Shown: positions 37,669 to 45,928 of the stretch, piece by piece
Position numbering within the stretch: position 1 is the stretch's first letter
How the letters are laid out: every line of letters begins with the position of its first letter
Source: Oscillospiraceae bacterium
GTDB lineage: Bacteria > Bacillota > Clostridia > Oscillospirales > Oscillospiraceae
Direction: 5' to 3'
Assembly: GCA_902779695.1 (NCBI GenBank)
Contig: CACZCL010000013.1
Location: forward strand, 1-45,930
Length of the DNA: 45,930 bases
Made by a program: the position numbers and the translations under genes
The notes under the pieces: model-generated
Told to the model about the DNA's origin: nothing
The model's database searches: none
The model's input: the letters and a program-made list of their open reading frames with translations, nothing else

Positions 37669-40068
37669 TCATTCGATGTAATTGCCCTGTCCGTCCCGCT
37701 TTTCGACCCACCAGCCTTCCTCGGTCGGATGGTAGGTGGTGTGGATCCCATCGTGGAACTCATAGGAAAGATGCCCCGTGGTATCGTAGGGAACGTCGCG
37801 ATCCGGATAGACGTAATACTCCCATGTGTCGTCGTAATAAGAATACGTCGTGTTGTAATTGATCTCCTTCCGCCACAGAAGCCCGTTGGGGGCGTACCAG
37901 TACTCGCTGTCGTCCACTCCCTGATTGCAGAGCGTCAGCCTTTCGAGTTGTCCATTGGGGAAATAGTTCGCGTTCACCGACCAGAAGTTCCATCCGTGCC
38001 CGCCTTCCCAATGCTGCACATAGCGCTCCGAAATAATACCGTAGCGCTCCGCCTCCATTTCGATCTCAGTGCCTTTGTTGTCGTTAAACGTCTCTGTCTG
38101 TCCCTTTCCGAAGTACCAGGTGACCAGCCAGTCTCCGCCGCCGCAGTCCCACATGGTGTTCATCGGCCAGTAGTGTCCGTTCTCGTCGATGGTATACTCC
38201 TCATAGCCGACGTTCTGCCCGTTCTTGTAAAAGCGGTAGGTCGCGCCGCCGTCCCGCTCCTCGGCCTCCATCGTGTCAAAGTCCATCGTGGGATCGGGGA
38301 AGGACGGCGTGATGCCGTCGCCGCCGGAGCTGCCGCCTCCGCCGCCTCCGTCGCCGCCTCCGCCGGAGCCGCCGCCGCCTCCGCCGCCGCCGGGTTCGTC
38401 GCCGCCGGAGCTGCCGCCTCCGCCGCCGGTCTGACGCGTGTAGACCTTCTGGACCTCCACGTCCACCGCCGTCTTGAATTCGGTGATCGCCTCGGCCATC
38501 GTCTTGTCGCCGCCCGCCTTCGCGTACGTCTTGCTCAGCTCCGCGTCGTCGCTGCTCACGGATTTGGTAAAGCTGTCCTTGTTCTGCTGCTCCGTCTTTT
38601 TGCCGATCGTCGGGTCGATGCCGGTGATCCCGGTGTCGCTGGCGTCCAGCAGCTCTTTGGCCGCCTTTGCAAGGTCGGCCTTGTCCTCCGACTCGACGCG
38701 GACGTAGTCCACCGCCATCTTCTTCGTCTCGCCCTCGATCCGGTCGACCACAAGCCCCGTCGCCTCGTCCATGCAGACCTTTATGTTTTCATACGCCTCG
38801 ACGTTCTTCTCTCTCAGATCCTCTAAAAACAGCAGCTTTTCCGCCGTCGTGGCGGTCTTCGGGTCAAAGGTGGCGACGCCCGCCACGAACATCACCGCGT
38901 CGTAGGTCTTCATCCGCTCTTCGGTGTTCTGCACGATCTTGTGGTCGTCGCCCAGGACGATCTTCATCGCGCTGCGCTCCATCTCCACGACGCAGTCCAC
39001 GCCGCCCACCACGAGACCCGCCGTCTCCGCGACGGTCAGGCCGCCCGCCGCCGAAGCCGCGCCGCCGGTGGCAATCGTCGCGCACACATACACACCCACC
39101 TTCGACGCCGTTTTCACGCCGATGCACACCCTGGTGCAGGTGTCGTAGAATTTCGCCTCCGCCGTGTATTCGCCGCTGAGGATCGCCTGCGCGTCCGTCA
39201 GCGCCTGATACGCCGTCCGCGCGTCCACGCCAAGCTGCTCGGCGAAGTTCTTGAGCTTGCCCTTGCGCTCCGTCGCGTCCCACTTGGCGGAAAGCTCCTG
39301 CGCCCACTTGAGCGCCTCCGCCTGCTTGTCGTCCGCCGCGGCGAACACCGCGCTCGCCCGCGCCGCGCACTCCTCCAGCTCTGCGCGCGCCACCGTCAGC
39401 GCCGCGCCGGAGGTCGCGTCCAGCACCGCCGCCGCGCGCACCGCCTGCTCCATCGTGTTTTTCGCCTTGCTCACCTGCGAAAGTGCCCGCTGCTTCTCCG
39501 CGGGGGTGCCTTCGCGCATGATACGGGTAAGCTCAGTCACCTTTTCCGTCTTGCCCGCCACGGTGGTGTAGGTTTCCCCGGTTTCGGCAAAGAGGGACAG
39601 CGCCGCCTCCTTCGCCGTGACCGCCTCCACATAGGCGTCCACCGCCATCGTCGTCGCATGGGCGACCGCGCCGTCGATCACAGGGACATAGGCCTGTCCC
39701 TGCGCGGCGGCCATCTCGGAATAGTTCTTCACCGCGCCCTCGGCCGAGAGCGGCGCGTAGGTCGCCGCGTCCAGCAAAAACGCCCGGTAGACCGCCGCGT
39801 CCGCAAGACCCGTAAAGGTCTGCGTGACGCTCGCGCCCGCCGTCAGCCTGCGCACCGACGTGCCCGCCATGCGCCCGCTCGCGTCGTAGCACGCCGCGAC
39901 CAGGACCGCCGGCGCCGCCGGGCTTTGCGGCAGCGTCACGGTCAGCGTCTTCGTTTTCGCGTCATAGGCCGCCGTGACCTCGTTCGCCTCCGCCCGCGCT
40001 TGCGCGGGCAGCAGCGCCAGCGCCATTGCCAGCGCAAGGCACAGGCTCATCAGTTTTCTGCGCTTCAT
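37669..40068 (-). CDS. Uncharacterised 799-aa modular secreted protein
   Basis: AAGGAG RBS; Sec signal MKRRKLMSLCLALAMALALLPAQARA; helical core, Gly-rich linker, aromatic/acidic C-terminal module. Confidence 0.85.
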   Translation of the reverse strand: MKRRKLMSLCLALAMALALLPAQARAEANEVTAAYDAKTKTLTVTLPQSPAAPAVLVAACYDASGRMAGTSVRRLTAGASVTQTFTGLADAAVYRAFLLDAATYAPLSAEGAVKNYSEMAAAQGQAYVPVIDGAVAHATTMAVDAYVEAVTAKEAALSLFAETGETYTTVAGKTEKVTELTRIMREGTPAEKQRALSQVSKAKNTMEQAVRAAAVLDATSGAALTVARAELEECAARASAVFAAADDKQAEALKWAQELSAKWDATERKGKLKNFAEQLGVDARTAYQALTDAQAILSGEYTAEAKFYDTCTRVCIGVKTASKVGVYVCATIATGGAASAAGGLTVAETAGLVVGGVDCVVEMERSAMKIVLGDDHKIVQNTEERMKTYDAVMFVAGVATFDPKTATTAEKLLFLEDLREKNVEAYENIKVCMDEATGLVVDRIEGETKKMAVDYVRVESEDKADLAKAAKELLDASDTGITGIDPTIGKKTEQQNKDSFTKSVSSDDAELSKTYAKAGGDKTMAEAITEFKTAVDVEVQKVYTRQTGGGGGSSGGDEPGGGGGGGGSGGGGDGGGGGGSSGGDGITPSFPDPTMDFDTMEAEERDGGATYRFYKNGQNVGYEEYTIDENGHYWPMNTMWDCGGGDWLVTWYFGKGQTETFNDNKGTEIEMEAERYGIISERYVQHWEGGHGWNFWSVNANYFPNGQLERLTLCNQGVDDSEYWYAPNGLLWRKEINYNTTYSYYDDTWEYYVYPDRDVPYDTTGHLSYEFHDGIHTTYHPTEEGWWVEKRDGQGNYIE
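38316..38427. repeat. 31-bp direct repeat within the Gly-rich linker
   Basis: CGTCGCCGCCGGAGCTGCCGCCTCCGCCGCC at 38316-38346 and 38397-38427. Confidence 0.85.
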
Positions 40069-40290
40069 TCGTTTCCGCTCCTTTCCGTGTCCGCGCCGCG
40101 GCGCGGCGCTTGCCTCCCGCTGCGTCCCGCTTCTCTCCGGCTCGCCGGAAAAAGAAACGCCGCCGGTCCGATCAACGATTTGCGTGCCGGCGAGCAAGGC
40201 TGCTGTCAAGACGTGCGCGGAGATCGAACCAACGGTTCCGTTTATTCTCTATCTGTCTTTATAGAGTATCATAACTTTGCGAATTTACAA
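40069..40290 (-). promoter_or_regulatory. Promoter and ~190-nt structured 5' leader (candidate attenuator)
   Basis: TTGTAA-16 nt-TACTCT (TG-extended) at 40263-40290; alternative pairings around a U-tract at 40149-40158. Confidence 0.45.
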
Positions 40291-40310
40291 GGGGGTTTTC
40301 ACAAATATGC

Positions 40311-40337
40311 AAAAATTCCCGCCTTTCGGCGGGAATT
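40311..40337 (-). terminator. rpsT terminator
   Basis: AATTCCCGCC-GAAA-GGCGGGAATT followed by TTT on the minus strand. Confidence 0.75.
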
Positions 40338-40347
40338 CGTTTTGCGC

Positions 40348-40611
40348 TCAGTTCATCGCGTTGAGCTTCAGCGTCAGCGCGCTCTTCTTGTGCGCGGCGT
40401 TGTTCTTATGCAGAATGCCCTTCGCAACGGCCTTGTCCACGGTCTTGACCGCGACCTTGTAGGCGCCCTCGGCCTCGGTGCGATTGCCCTCCGTGACGGC
40501 AGCGTCAAATTTCTTGAGCGTCGTCTTGAGCGCGCTGCGCTCCGCCTTGTTGCGGGCGTTGCGGGCCTTGGAGATCAGGACACGCTTCTTGGCAGACTTG
40601 ATATTCGGCAA
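40348..40611 (-). CDS. rpsT: 30S ribosomal protein S20
   Basis: (M)PNIKSAKKRV...KGILHKNNAAHKKS; TTG start after GGAGGTG. Confidence 0.96.
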   Translation of the reverse strand: MPNIKSAKKRVLISKARNARNKAERSALKTTLKKFDAAVTEGNRTEAEGAYKVAVKTVDKAVAKGILHKNNAAHKKSALTLKLNAMN

Positions 40612-40680
40612 ACCAAACACCTCCTCCGAACTCGTTCTCCGGTGGGCCGATTCTCTGCCCATCCCACCGTGCAGATTGGT

Positions 40681-40709
40681 ATTTTAGCAAAGTTCGTCCC
40701 GAAATGCAA
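40681..40709 (-). promoter_or_regulatory. sigma-A promoter of rpsT
   Basis: TTGCAT-17 nt-TAAAAT with TG extension. Confidence 0.7.
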
Positions 40710-40740
40710 GCTTTTTTTGCTGATTTTTCCACTCTTTTTT

Positions 40741-40769
40741 GTATAAAACAAGCCTTGGTGGCGATACTA
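40741..40769 (+). promoter_or_regulatory. Probable sigma-F/G promoter of gpr
   Basis: GTATA-14 nt-GGCGATACTA fits GYATA..GGnnAnAHTR; gpr is a forespore sigma-F/G target in B. subtilis. Confidence 0.65.
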
Positions 40770-40808
40770 AAGCTGACACACCATATTTTGTAGAGAAAGG
40801 GCGATCCC

Positions 40809-41690
40809 ATGAGCGAGCAAAGACGCACCGACCTCGCGCTGGAGGCGCGGGAGCTGTGGCGCGGCGGGGCGGAGGAGCTGCCCGGCGTGACGACGCGGGA
40901 GCGCCGCTCCTTCGGCTACGCCGTGACCGCGGTGGAGATCACGGAGGAATCGGCGGCAAAGGCGCTTGGCAAGCCGGTCGGCACCTATGTCACGCTGGAT
41001 CTCCGCCCCTACTGGGAACACGCCGAGGACGCGCTGGAGCGCGCGGCGTCGGCGGTGGGGGAGGAGCTGCGCGCGCTGCTGGGGCGGGAGGTGAAAACGG
41101 CGCTGGTCGTGGGTCTCGGCAACGGCGCGATGACGCCGGACGCCATCGGCCCGCAGACGGCGGAGCACGTGCTCGTCACGCGGCACCTGATGCGCGACAG
41201 CGCGTTCGCCGCGCTCACGGCGGTGGGCGTGCTGGTGCCGGGCGTGCTGGGGCGGACGGGCATGGAGGCGGCGGAGACCATCCGCGGCGCGGTGCGCACG
41301 GTGCGGCCCGACGTGCTGCTCGCGGTGGACGCGCTCTCGTCGCGCTCGCTCGCGCGCGTGTGCACGACGGTGCAGCTCTCCGACACCGGCATCGTGCCCG
41401 GCTCCGGCGTGGGCAACCGGCGCCGCGCGCTCAGCCGCGCGTCGCTCGGCATCCCGGTCATCGCCGTGGGCGTGCCGACCGTGGTGGACGCCGCGACGCT
41501 GGCGCTCGATCTTCTGGAGGAGGCGGGCGTGCCGGACGCGTCCGCGCTGCGTATGCCGGACGCAGGCGTAATGGTCACGCCGCGGGATATCGACGCGCAG
41601 ATCCGCGAGCTCAGCCGCGTCGTGGGCTACGGCATCGACCTCGCGCTCCAGCCGCTGGACTACGCGGCGCTGTGCGACCTGATGGGTTAG
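40809..41690 (+). CDS. gpr: Spore germination protease GPR
   Basis: RTDLALEA, LVVGLGN..TPDAIGP, PGVLG.TG.E, DTGI.PGSGVGN, GVPTVVDA, VTPRDID; divergent from rpsT as in Bacillus. Confidence 0.95.
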   Translation: MSEQRRTDLALEARELWRGGAEELPGVTTRERRSFGYAVTAVEITEESAAKALGKPVGTYVTLDLRPYWEHAEDALERAASAVGEELRALLGREVKTALVVGLGNGAMTPDAIGPQTAEHVLVTRHLMRDSAFAALTAVGVLVPGVLGRTGMEAAETIRGAVRTVRPDVLLAVDALSSRSLARVCTTVQLSDTGIVPGSGVGNRRRALSRASLGIPVIAVGVPTVVDAATLALDLLEEAGVPDASALRMPDAGVMVTPRDIDAQIRELSRVVGYGIDLALQPLDYAALCDLMG

Positions 41691-42529
41691 GCGATGAAGG
41701 CGACGATCACGCCGCCGCGCTCCGCGTAAAAGCTGTCCAGCCCGCGGGTGAGGCGGACGGAGACGGACGCCGCCTCCCAGCGCTCGCGGATTGAGGCGCG
41801 CAGCCGCTCCACGACGGACTCGTTCCGGCAATGGCTGATGGCGACCTCGCCGCCCCGATAGCCGCGGCTTTCCATTTCCTCCAAAATCATGGAAACGGCG
41901 CGCGCCGGGCCGCGGGTGGTCCCCTTGATGTGGATCTCGCCCTGTCTGCCGACGCCGATGCCCCACATGCCGAGCTTGTGGGCGATGAAGCCGACCACGC
42001 GGTTCATCCGCCCGTTTTTCACCAGATTGTTGAACGACGAGAGGGCGAACACCGTGTGCGTCCGGTCGAGGAACGCCTGCGCCTGCGCGCCGATCTCCTC
42101 GAAGGAGCGGCCCGCGGTGATCCACTCCCGCAGCTTCTCGATGCAAAGCGCCAGTCCCGGGCCGGTGGATTTGGAGTCCAGCACGAGGATGGACTTGCCC
42201 GCGTCCTCCTCCCGCACGATATCCCGCGCGGACTGCGCGCTGCGCAGGCTCGCCGAGAGGGCGCCCGAGATCGTGATGGCGACGCTGTTGTCCGCCTTGT
42301 GAAACGCCTCCGCCCAGACGCCCGGACCGGGGCAGGCGGTGCGCGGCGCCCTGACGCAGCGCTCCATCCGGTCCACCAGCGCCGCGGCGTCCAGGTCCTC
42401 GTCGTCGACAAGCACCTCGTCGTCCAGCTGGAAAGAAAAGGGAATGGTGGTGAAATCCACCGCGTCGTTGGCAACGTCCTCCCGGAACAAATCGCAGGAG
42501 CTGTCCGAAACGATCATCCAGCTTTTCAT
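41687..42529 (-). CDS. DegV family fatty-acid-binding protein
   Basis: SDSSCD, TISGALS.S, LDSKS, L..L.KNGR, ISH; start could alternatively be TTG at 42538. Confidence 0.88.
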   Translation of the reverse strand: MKSWMIVSDSSCDLFREDVANDAVDFTTIPFSFQLDDEVLVDDEDLDAAALVDRMERCVRAPRTACPGPGVWAEAFHKADNSVAITISGALSASLRSAQSARDIVREEDAGKSILVLDSKSTGPGLALCIEKLREWITAGRSFEEIGAQAQAFLDRTHTVFALSSFNNLVKNGRMNRVVGFIAHKLGMWGIGVGRQGEIHIKGTTRGPARAVSMILEEMESRGYRGGEVAISHCRNESVVERLRASIRERWEAASVSVRLTRGLDSFYAERGGVIVAFIA

Positions 42530-42577
42530 ATTTGCCAAACCGCCTTTTCTGATATTTGAAATCGCTATTGATGGTTT

Positions 42578-42606
42578 ATGATACTAGATAAGACGCGGAT
42601 TGTCAA
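42578..42606 (-). promoter_or_regulatory. sigma-A promoter of degV
   Basis: TTGACA-17 nt-TATCAT on the minus strand. Confidence 0.7.
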
Positions 42607-42635
42607 TGAGAAATCAGCGATTTTGTCCGCCGGGA

Positions 42636-42664
42636 TTGCCATTTTCCGGCGGGCGTTGTATAAT
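42636..42664 (+). promoter_or_regulatory. sigma-A promoter of nadE
   Basis: TTGCCA-17 nt-TATAAT. Confidence 0.72.
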
Positions 42665-42723
42665 AACCGTATTCTTTCGAAAAGAAACGTGCTTTTCGAC
42701 GAAAACGCGGGGAGGGCGCAGGG

Positions 42724-43497
42724 ATGGAGCAATTCAACGCGAAGGAGCAGCTTTCGGGCGTGCTCGGCTGGATGCGCGCGCAGATGGCGGCGTGCCGCGG
42801 CAAAACCGCCGTCGTCGGCATCTCCGGCGGCAAGGATTCCAGCGTCGTCGCGGCGCTGTGCTGCGAGGCGTACGGGAAGGAAAACGTCGTGGGCGTGCTG
42901 ATGCCAGACGGCGTGCAGCCGGACATCGACTACTCGAACGGCCTGGTCGAGGTATTGGGCATCCGGCATTACACGGTCAACATCCACGCCGCCGTGCGCG
43001 GCGTGCTGGACGAGCTGGAGCGCAACGGCGTGGAGCCGACGCGGCAGACGACGGTGAATCTGCCCAGCCGCGTCCGCATGGCCACGCTCTACGCCGTCGC
43101 GCAGAGCGTGGAGAGCGGCATCGTGATCAACACCTCCAACCTGTCCGAGGACTGGGTGGGCTACTGCACGATCTACGGCGACAGCGCCGGCGCCTTTTCG
43201 CCGCTGGGGATGTACACCACGGAGGAGGTCATCGCCCTCGGCGCGGCGCTGGGCCTGCCGGAGCGGTTTTTGATCAAGCCGCCCTCCGACGGGCTGACCG
43301 GCCTGACGGACGAGGACAACCTCGGCTTTTCCTATCACGCGGTCAACGAATACGTCCGCACCGGCCGATGCGACCCGGCGATCCAAAAGCAGATCGACGC
43401 GAAGCACCGCGCCAGCCGCTTCAAGTTCCGCACCCTGCCGGTGTACCACAACGGCCTGCCGATGGCGCTGGAGGAGGAGACGGACTATTATAAATAA
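42724..43497 (+). CDS. nadE: NH3-dependent NAD+ synthetase
   Basis: GISGGKDS, R.RMATLY, TSNLSE..GY.T.YGD, PPSDGL, DEDNLG. Confidence 0.93.
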   Translation: MEQFNAKEQLSGVLGWMRAQMAACRGKTAVVGISGGKDSSVVAALCCEAYGKENVVGVLMPDGVQPDIDYSNGLVEVLGIRHYTVNIHAAVRGVLDELERNGVEPTRQTTVNLPSRVRMATLYAVAQSVESGIVINTSNLSEDWVGYCTIYGDSAGAFSPLGMYTTEEVIALGAALGLPERFLIKPPSDGLTGLTDEDNLGFSYHAVNEYVRTGRCDPAIQKQIDAKHRASRFKFRTLPVYHNGLPMALEEETDYYK

Positions 43498-43512
43498 GGA
43501 AAGCGCCGCGAA

Positions 43513-43566
43513 TTCATAATTTGTTTACAGGGGATTCAAGATTCCGCCATAAATCGGGTGTATCTT
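43513..43566 (+). promoter_or_regulatory. 11-bp-periodic boxes (OmpR/PhoB-like) and -10 element
   Basis: TTCATA (43513), TTTACA (43524), TTCAAG (43535), weak GCCATA (43546); TATCTT at 43561. Confidence 0.45.
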
Positions 43567-43572
43567 AATACT

Positions 43573-43662
43573 TGCAAAGGGGTGACGCCCCGATGTGATT
43601 TTCTCCCTCCTAAAATACACACAACACACAGCAAAAGCCCCGCCGAAAGGCGGGGCTTTTGC
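43573..43662 (+). ncRNA. Candidate trans-acting sRNA with anti-Shine-Dalgarno tract
   Basis: 5' hairpin GGGGTGACGCCCC, single-stranded TTTTCTCCCTCCT, strong terminator; no plausible CDS; 5' end estimated. Confidence 0.5.
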
Positions 43663-43673
43663 TGTGTGTTGTG
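43620..43673. terminator. 25-bp perfect hairpin, bidirectional terminator
   Basis: CACAACACACAGCAAAAGCCCCGCC-GAAA-GGCGGGGCTTTTGCTGTGTGTTGTG. Confidence 0.85.
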
Positions 43674-43678
43674 GCCTA

Positions 43679-44113
43679 TTAAAATTTCCGGCTCTCCGCC
43701 ACCGCCAGCGCGTCGCAGCGGTTGTTGTACTCGTTCTCCGCGTGGCCCTTGACCCAGTGGCAGCGCAGCTCGTGCCGCTCCGCCAGCTCCAGCAGCGTTT
43801 CCCAGAGGTCCGCGTTCAGCGCGGGCTTTTTGTCGCTTTTGATCCAGCCCTTTTTCCGCCAGCCGCAGGCCCAGCCCTTGGAGAGCGCGTCGATCACATA
43901 CTTCGAGTCGGAATACAGCTCCACGACGCAGGGCTCCTTGAGCAGGCGCAGCGCCTCGATGACGCCGGTGAGCTCCATGCGGTTGTTCGTCGTCTCCGCC
44001 GCGCCGCCGGACAGCTCCTTTTCGTGCGCGCCGTAGCGCAGCACCGCGCCCCAGCCCCCCGGTCCAGGGTTGCCGCTGCAGGCGCCGTCGGTATAAATGG
44101 TTACGGTTTTCAT
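43679..44113 (-). CDS. rnhA: Ribonuclease HI
   Basis: [44 protein letters not shown]. Confidence 0.96.
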   Translation of the reverse strand: MKTVTIYTDGACSGNPGPGGWGAVLRYGAHEKELSGGAAETTNNRMELTGVIEALRLLKEPCVVELYSDSKYVIDALSKGWACGWRKKGWIKSDKKPALNADLWETLLELAERHELRCHWVKGHAENEYNNRCDALAVAESRKF

Positions 44114-44140
44114 ATCCTCTGTTAATAAGCCCCCGCAAAG

Positions 44141-44293
44141 TTTCGCGCCCGCAGGCGCGAAAGGAACCGGATCGTTTTTTCTGACGACATGCGCGTCAGA
44201 AAAAACACCTTGCACGGAGCGCCCGTGCGCCTTTGGCGTGTGGGAAGCGGAGTGTGAACCTTTTCAAAAAAGAGGCTATGCCTCTTTTTTGAA
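44141..44293. repeat. Dispersed four-hairpin structured repeat, copy 2
   Basis: Colinear with 16665-16816, same orientation. Confidence 0.85.
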
Positions 44294-44623
44294 ATGCTTC
44301 TCCTTCACGCGCGCGACGCGCTGGGCGTACTCCTCGCGGTCGAGGACGCCGGCGTCGTAGAGCACGCGCAGGCTCTCCAGCCGGCTCTCGCAGGCGTCCA
44401 TGTGGATGGAATGCACCTGCGCGGCGTCGTCCTGCTTGTGCTTCGCCTCGCGCCACAGCTCCGCCTGCGCCTGCTGCGCGGCGCGGCGGCGCGCGCCCTT
44501 CGACGCGGGAGAAAGCTCGCGCGCCGCGGCGCGCTTTTTGCTCCGCTTTCCGTCCTTGTTTTTCCCCGCGAACTTCACCAGCGCGACGATCACGACGATC
44601 AGCAGCGTGAATGCCTGTCCCAT
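44276..44623 (-). CDS. Small membrane protein with C-terminal SHOCT-like domain
   Basis: N-terminal TM helix; RLESLRVLYDAGVLDREEY resembles the SHOCT pattern; GGAGG RBS. Confidence 0.7.
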   Translation of the reverse strand: MGQAFTLLIVVIVALVKFAGKNKDGKRSKKRAAARELSPASKGARRRAAQQAQAELWREAKHKQDDAAQVHSIHMDACESRLESLRVLYDAGVLDREEYAQRVARVKEKHFKKEA

Positions 44624-44636
44624 AAGAATCCCTCCG

Positions 44637-45140
44637 TCAATAGGAACTGATGGCGAGGCTGGCGTCATCCTCTCCCGGCGTGACGCTGCGAATCTCCACC
44701 GTGTACTTCATCTCGGGGCTGACCGCGATCTCGACGCGGTCTCCCGCCCGATGGCCCATCAGCGCCTTCGCCACGGGCGATTCCTTGCTGATGAGGCCGC
44801 GCAGCGCGTCCTGCCGCAGCGTCGTGACGATGCGGATGGTCTGCTCCCGGTTGAGCTTCTCGTTGAACATCGTCACGGTGCTGAACAGGCCCACCGCGTC
44901 GCCCGAGTCCGCCACGTCGATCACCTTCGCCGTGGCGATCATGCGCTCCAGATAGCGCATCCGGCTGTCGTTTCGGCGCTGCGCCTCCTTTGCCGCCTTG
45001 TACTCGTAGTTTTCCGAAAGGTCGCCGTGGGCGCGGGCGGTCTTGACGTCCTCCATGATCTTCGGGCGGATGTTGCGCCGTCGGTCGTCCAGCTCCGCCT
45101 TCATCTTCTCGATATCGACCCTTGTCAGCTCGTCGTTCAT
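44637..45140 (-). CDS. greA: Transcription elongation factor GreA
   Basis: ARAHGDLSENYEYKAAK, ISKESPVAKALMG. Confidence 0.93.
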   Translation of the reverse strand: MNDELTRVDIEKMKAELDDRRRNIRPKIMEDVKTARAHGDLSENYEYKAAKEAQRRNDSRMRYLERMIATAKVIDVADSGDAVGLFSTVTMFNEKLNREQTIRIVTTLRQDALRGLISKESPVAKALMGHRAGDRVEIAVSPEMKYTVEIRSVTPGEDDASLAISSY

Positions 45141-45928
45141 GTCTCCGCCGTTTCTCCGCTTTCCGCCGTGTCCTCGGCCTCTTCCTTCTCGGCGCGGGCG
45201 ATGGAAATCACCTTCGCGCCCTCCTCCAGCCGCATCACGCGCACGCCCTGCGCCGTGCGGCCGTAGGTGTTGATGTCGCTCACCGCCGTGCGGATGATCG
45301 TGCCGTCGTCGGACACCAGCAGCACGTCCTCGTCGCCGTCGACGACCTTGAGCGCCACGAGCTTGCCGGTCTTTTCCGTGATCTGATAGCCCTTGAGCCC
45401 CTTGCCGCCGCGGCTTTGCGGCTCGTCGCCGCGCAGGTATTCCTCCACCGGCGTGCGCTTGCCGTAGCCGTTTTCCGTGATGGCGAGGACGGTCTTTCCC
45501 TCGTGGGCGCGGGCTGCGCCGATCACATAGTCGTCGTCGCGCAGGCGGATGCCGCGCACGCCCACCGCGTCGCGTCCCACGACGCGCACGTCGTTCTCGT
45601 CAAAGCAGATGCTCATGCCGTCGTGGGTCATGAGGATGATGTTCTGCTTCCCGTCCGTCAGGCGCACCTCGATCAGCTCGTCGCCCTGCTCCAGCGTCAG
45701 CGCGCGGATGCCCGCCTTCATGCGCGTGTTGATCGCGCGCAGCACCAGGCGCTTGACCGTGCCGTTTTTCGTGACGAAGAACAGGTATTGGTCGTCCGCC
45801 TCCAGCGAGCGCACCGCGATCCCCGCGGTGACGTGCTCGTCCTCCTCCAGCGGCAGCACGTTGACGATGCTCGTGCCCTTGGCGGCGCGGCCCGCCTCCG
45901 GGATCAGATAGCCCTTTTTGCGGTGGAC
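45137..45928 (-). CDS. gyrA: DNA gyrase subunit A, C-terminal beta-pinwheel (5' truncated by window edge)
   Basis: GYLIPEAGRAAKG, TKNGTVKR, GRDAVGVRGI, TENGYGKRT, QSRGGKG, GRTAQGVRVM and acidic tail. Confidence 0.9.
   Translation of the reverse strand, partial: VHRKKGYLIPEAGRAAKGTSIVNVLPLEEDEHVTAGIAVRSLEADDQYLFFVTKNGTVKRLVLRAINTRMKAGIRALTLEQGDELIEVRLTDGKQNIILMTHDGMSICFDENDVRVVGRDAVGVRGIRLRDDDYVIGAARAHEGKTVLAITENGYGKRTPVEEYLRGDEPQSRGGKGLKGYQITEKTGKLVALKVVDGDEDVLLVSDDGTIIRTAVSDINTYGRTAQGVRVMRLEEGAKVISIARAEKEEAEDTAESGETAET

Noticed and set aside
37669-38300. Diversity-generating retroelement target region
   Set aside because: No template repeat or reverse transcriptase in the window.
43590-43612. 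Minus-strand RBS (AGGAGGGAG) of a small protein gene
   Set aside because: No ATG, GTG or TTG at a usable distance, and it lies just past the rnhA terminator.
580-45911. Many long overlapping or antisense ORFs (e.g. 4846-7512, 25243-28803, 32054-35884, 38941-40746)
   Set aside because: Arg/Ala/Gly-rich shadow frames of real genes, expected in high-GC DNA; no recognisable motifs.
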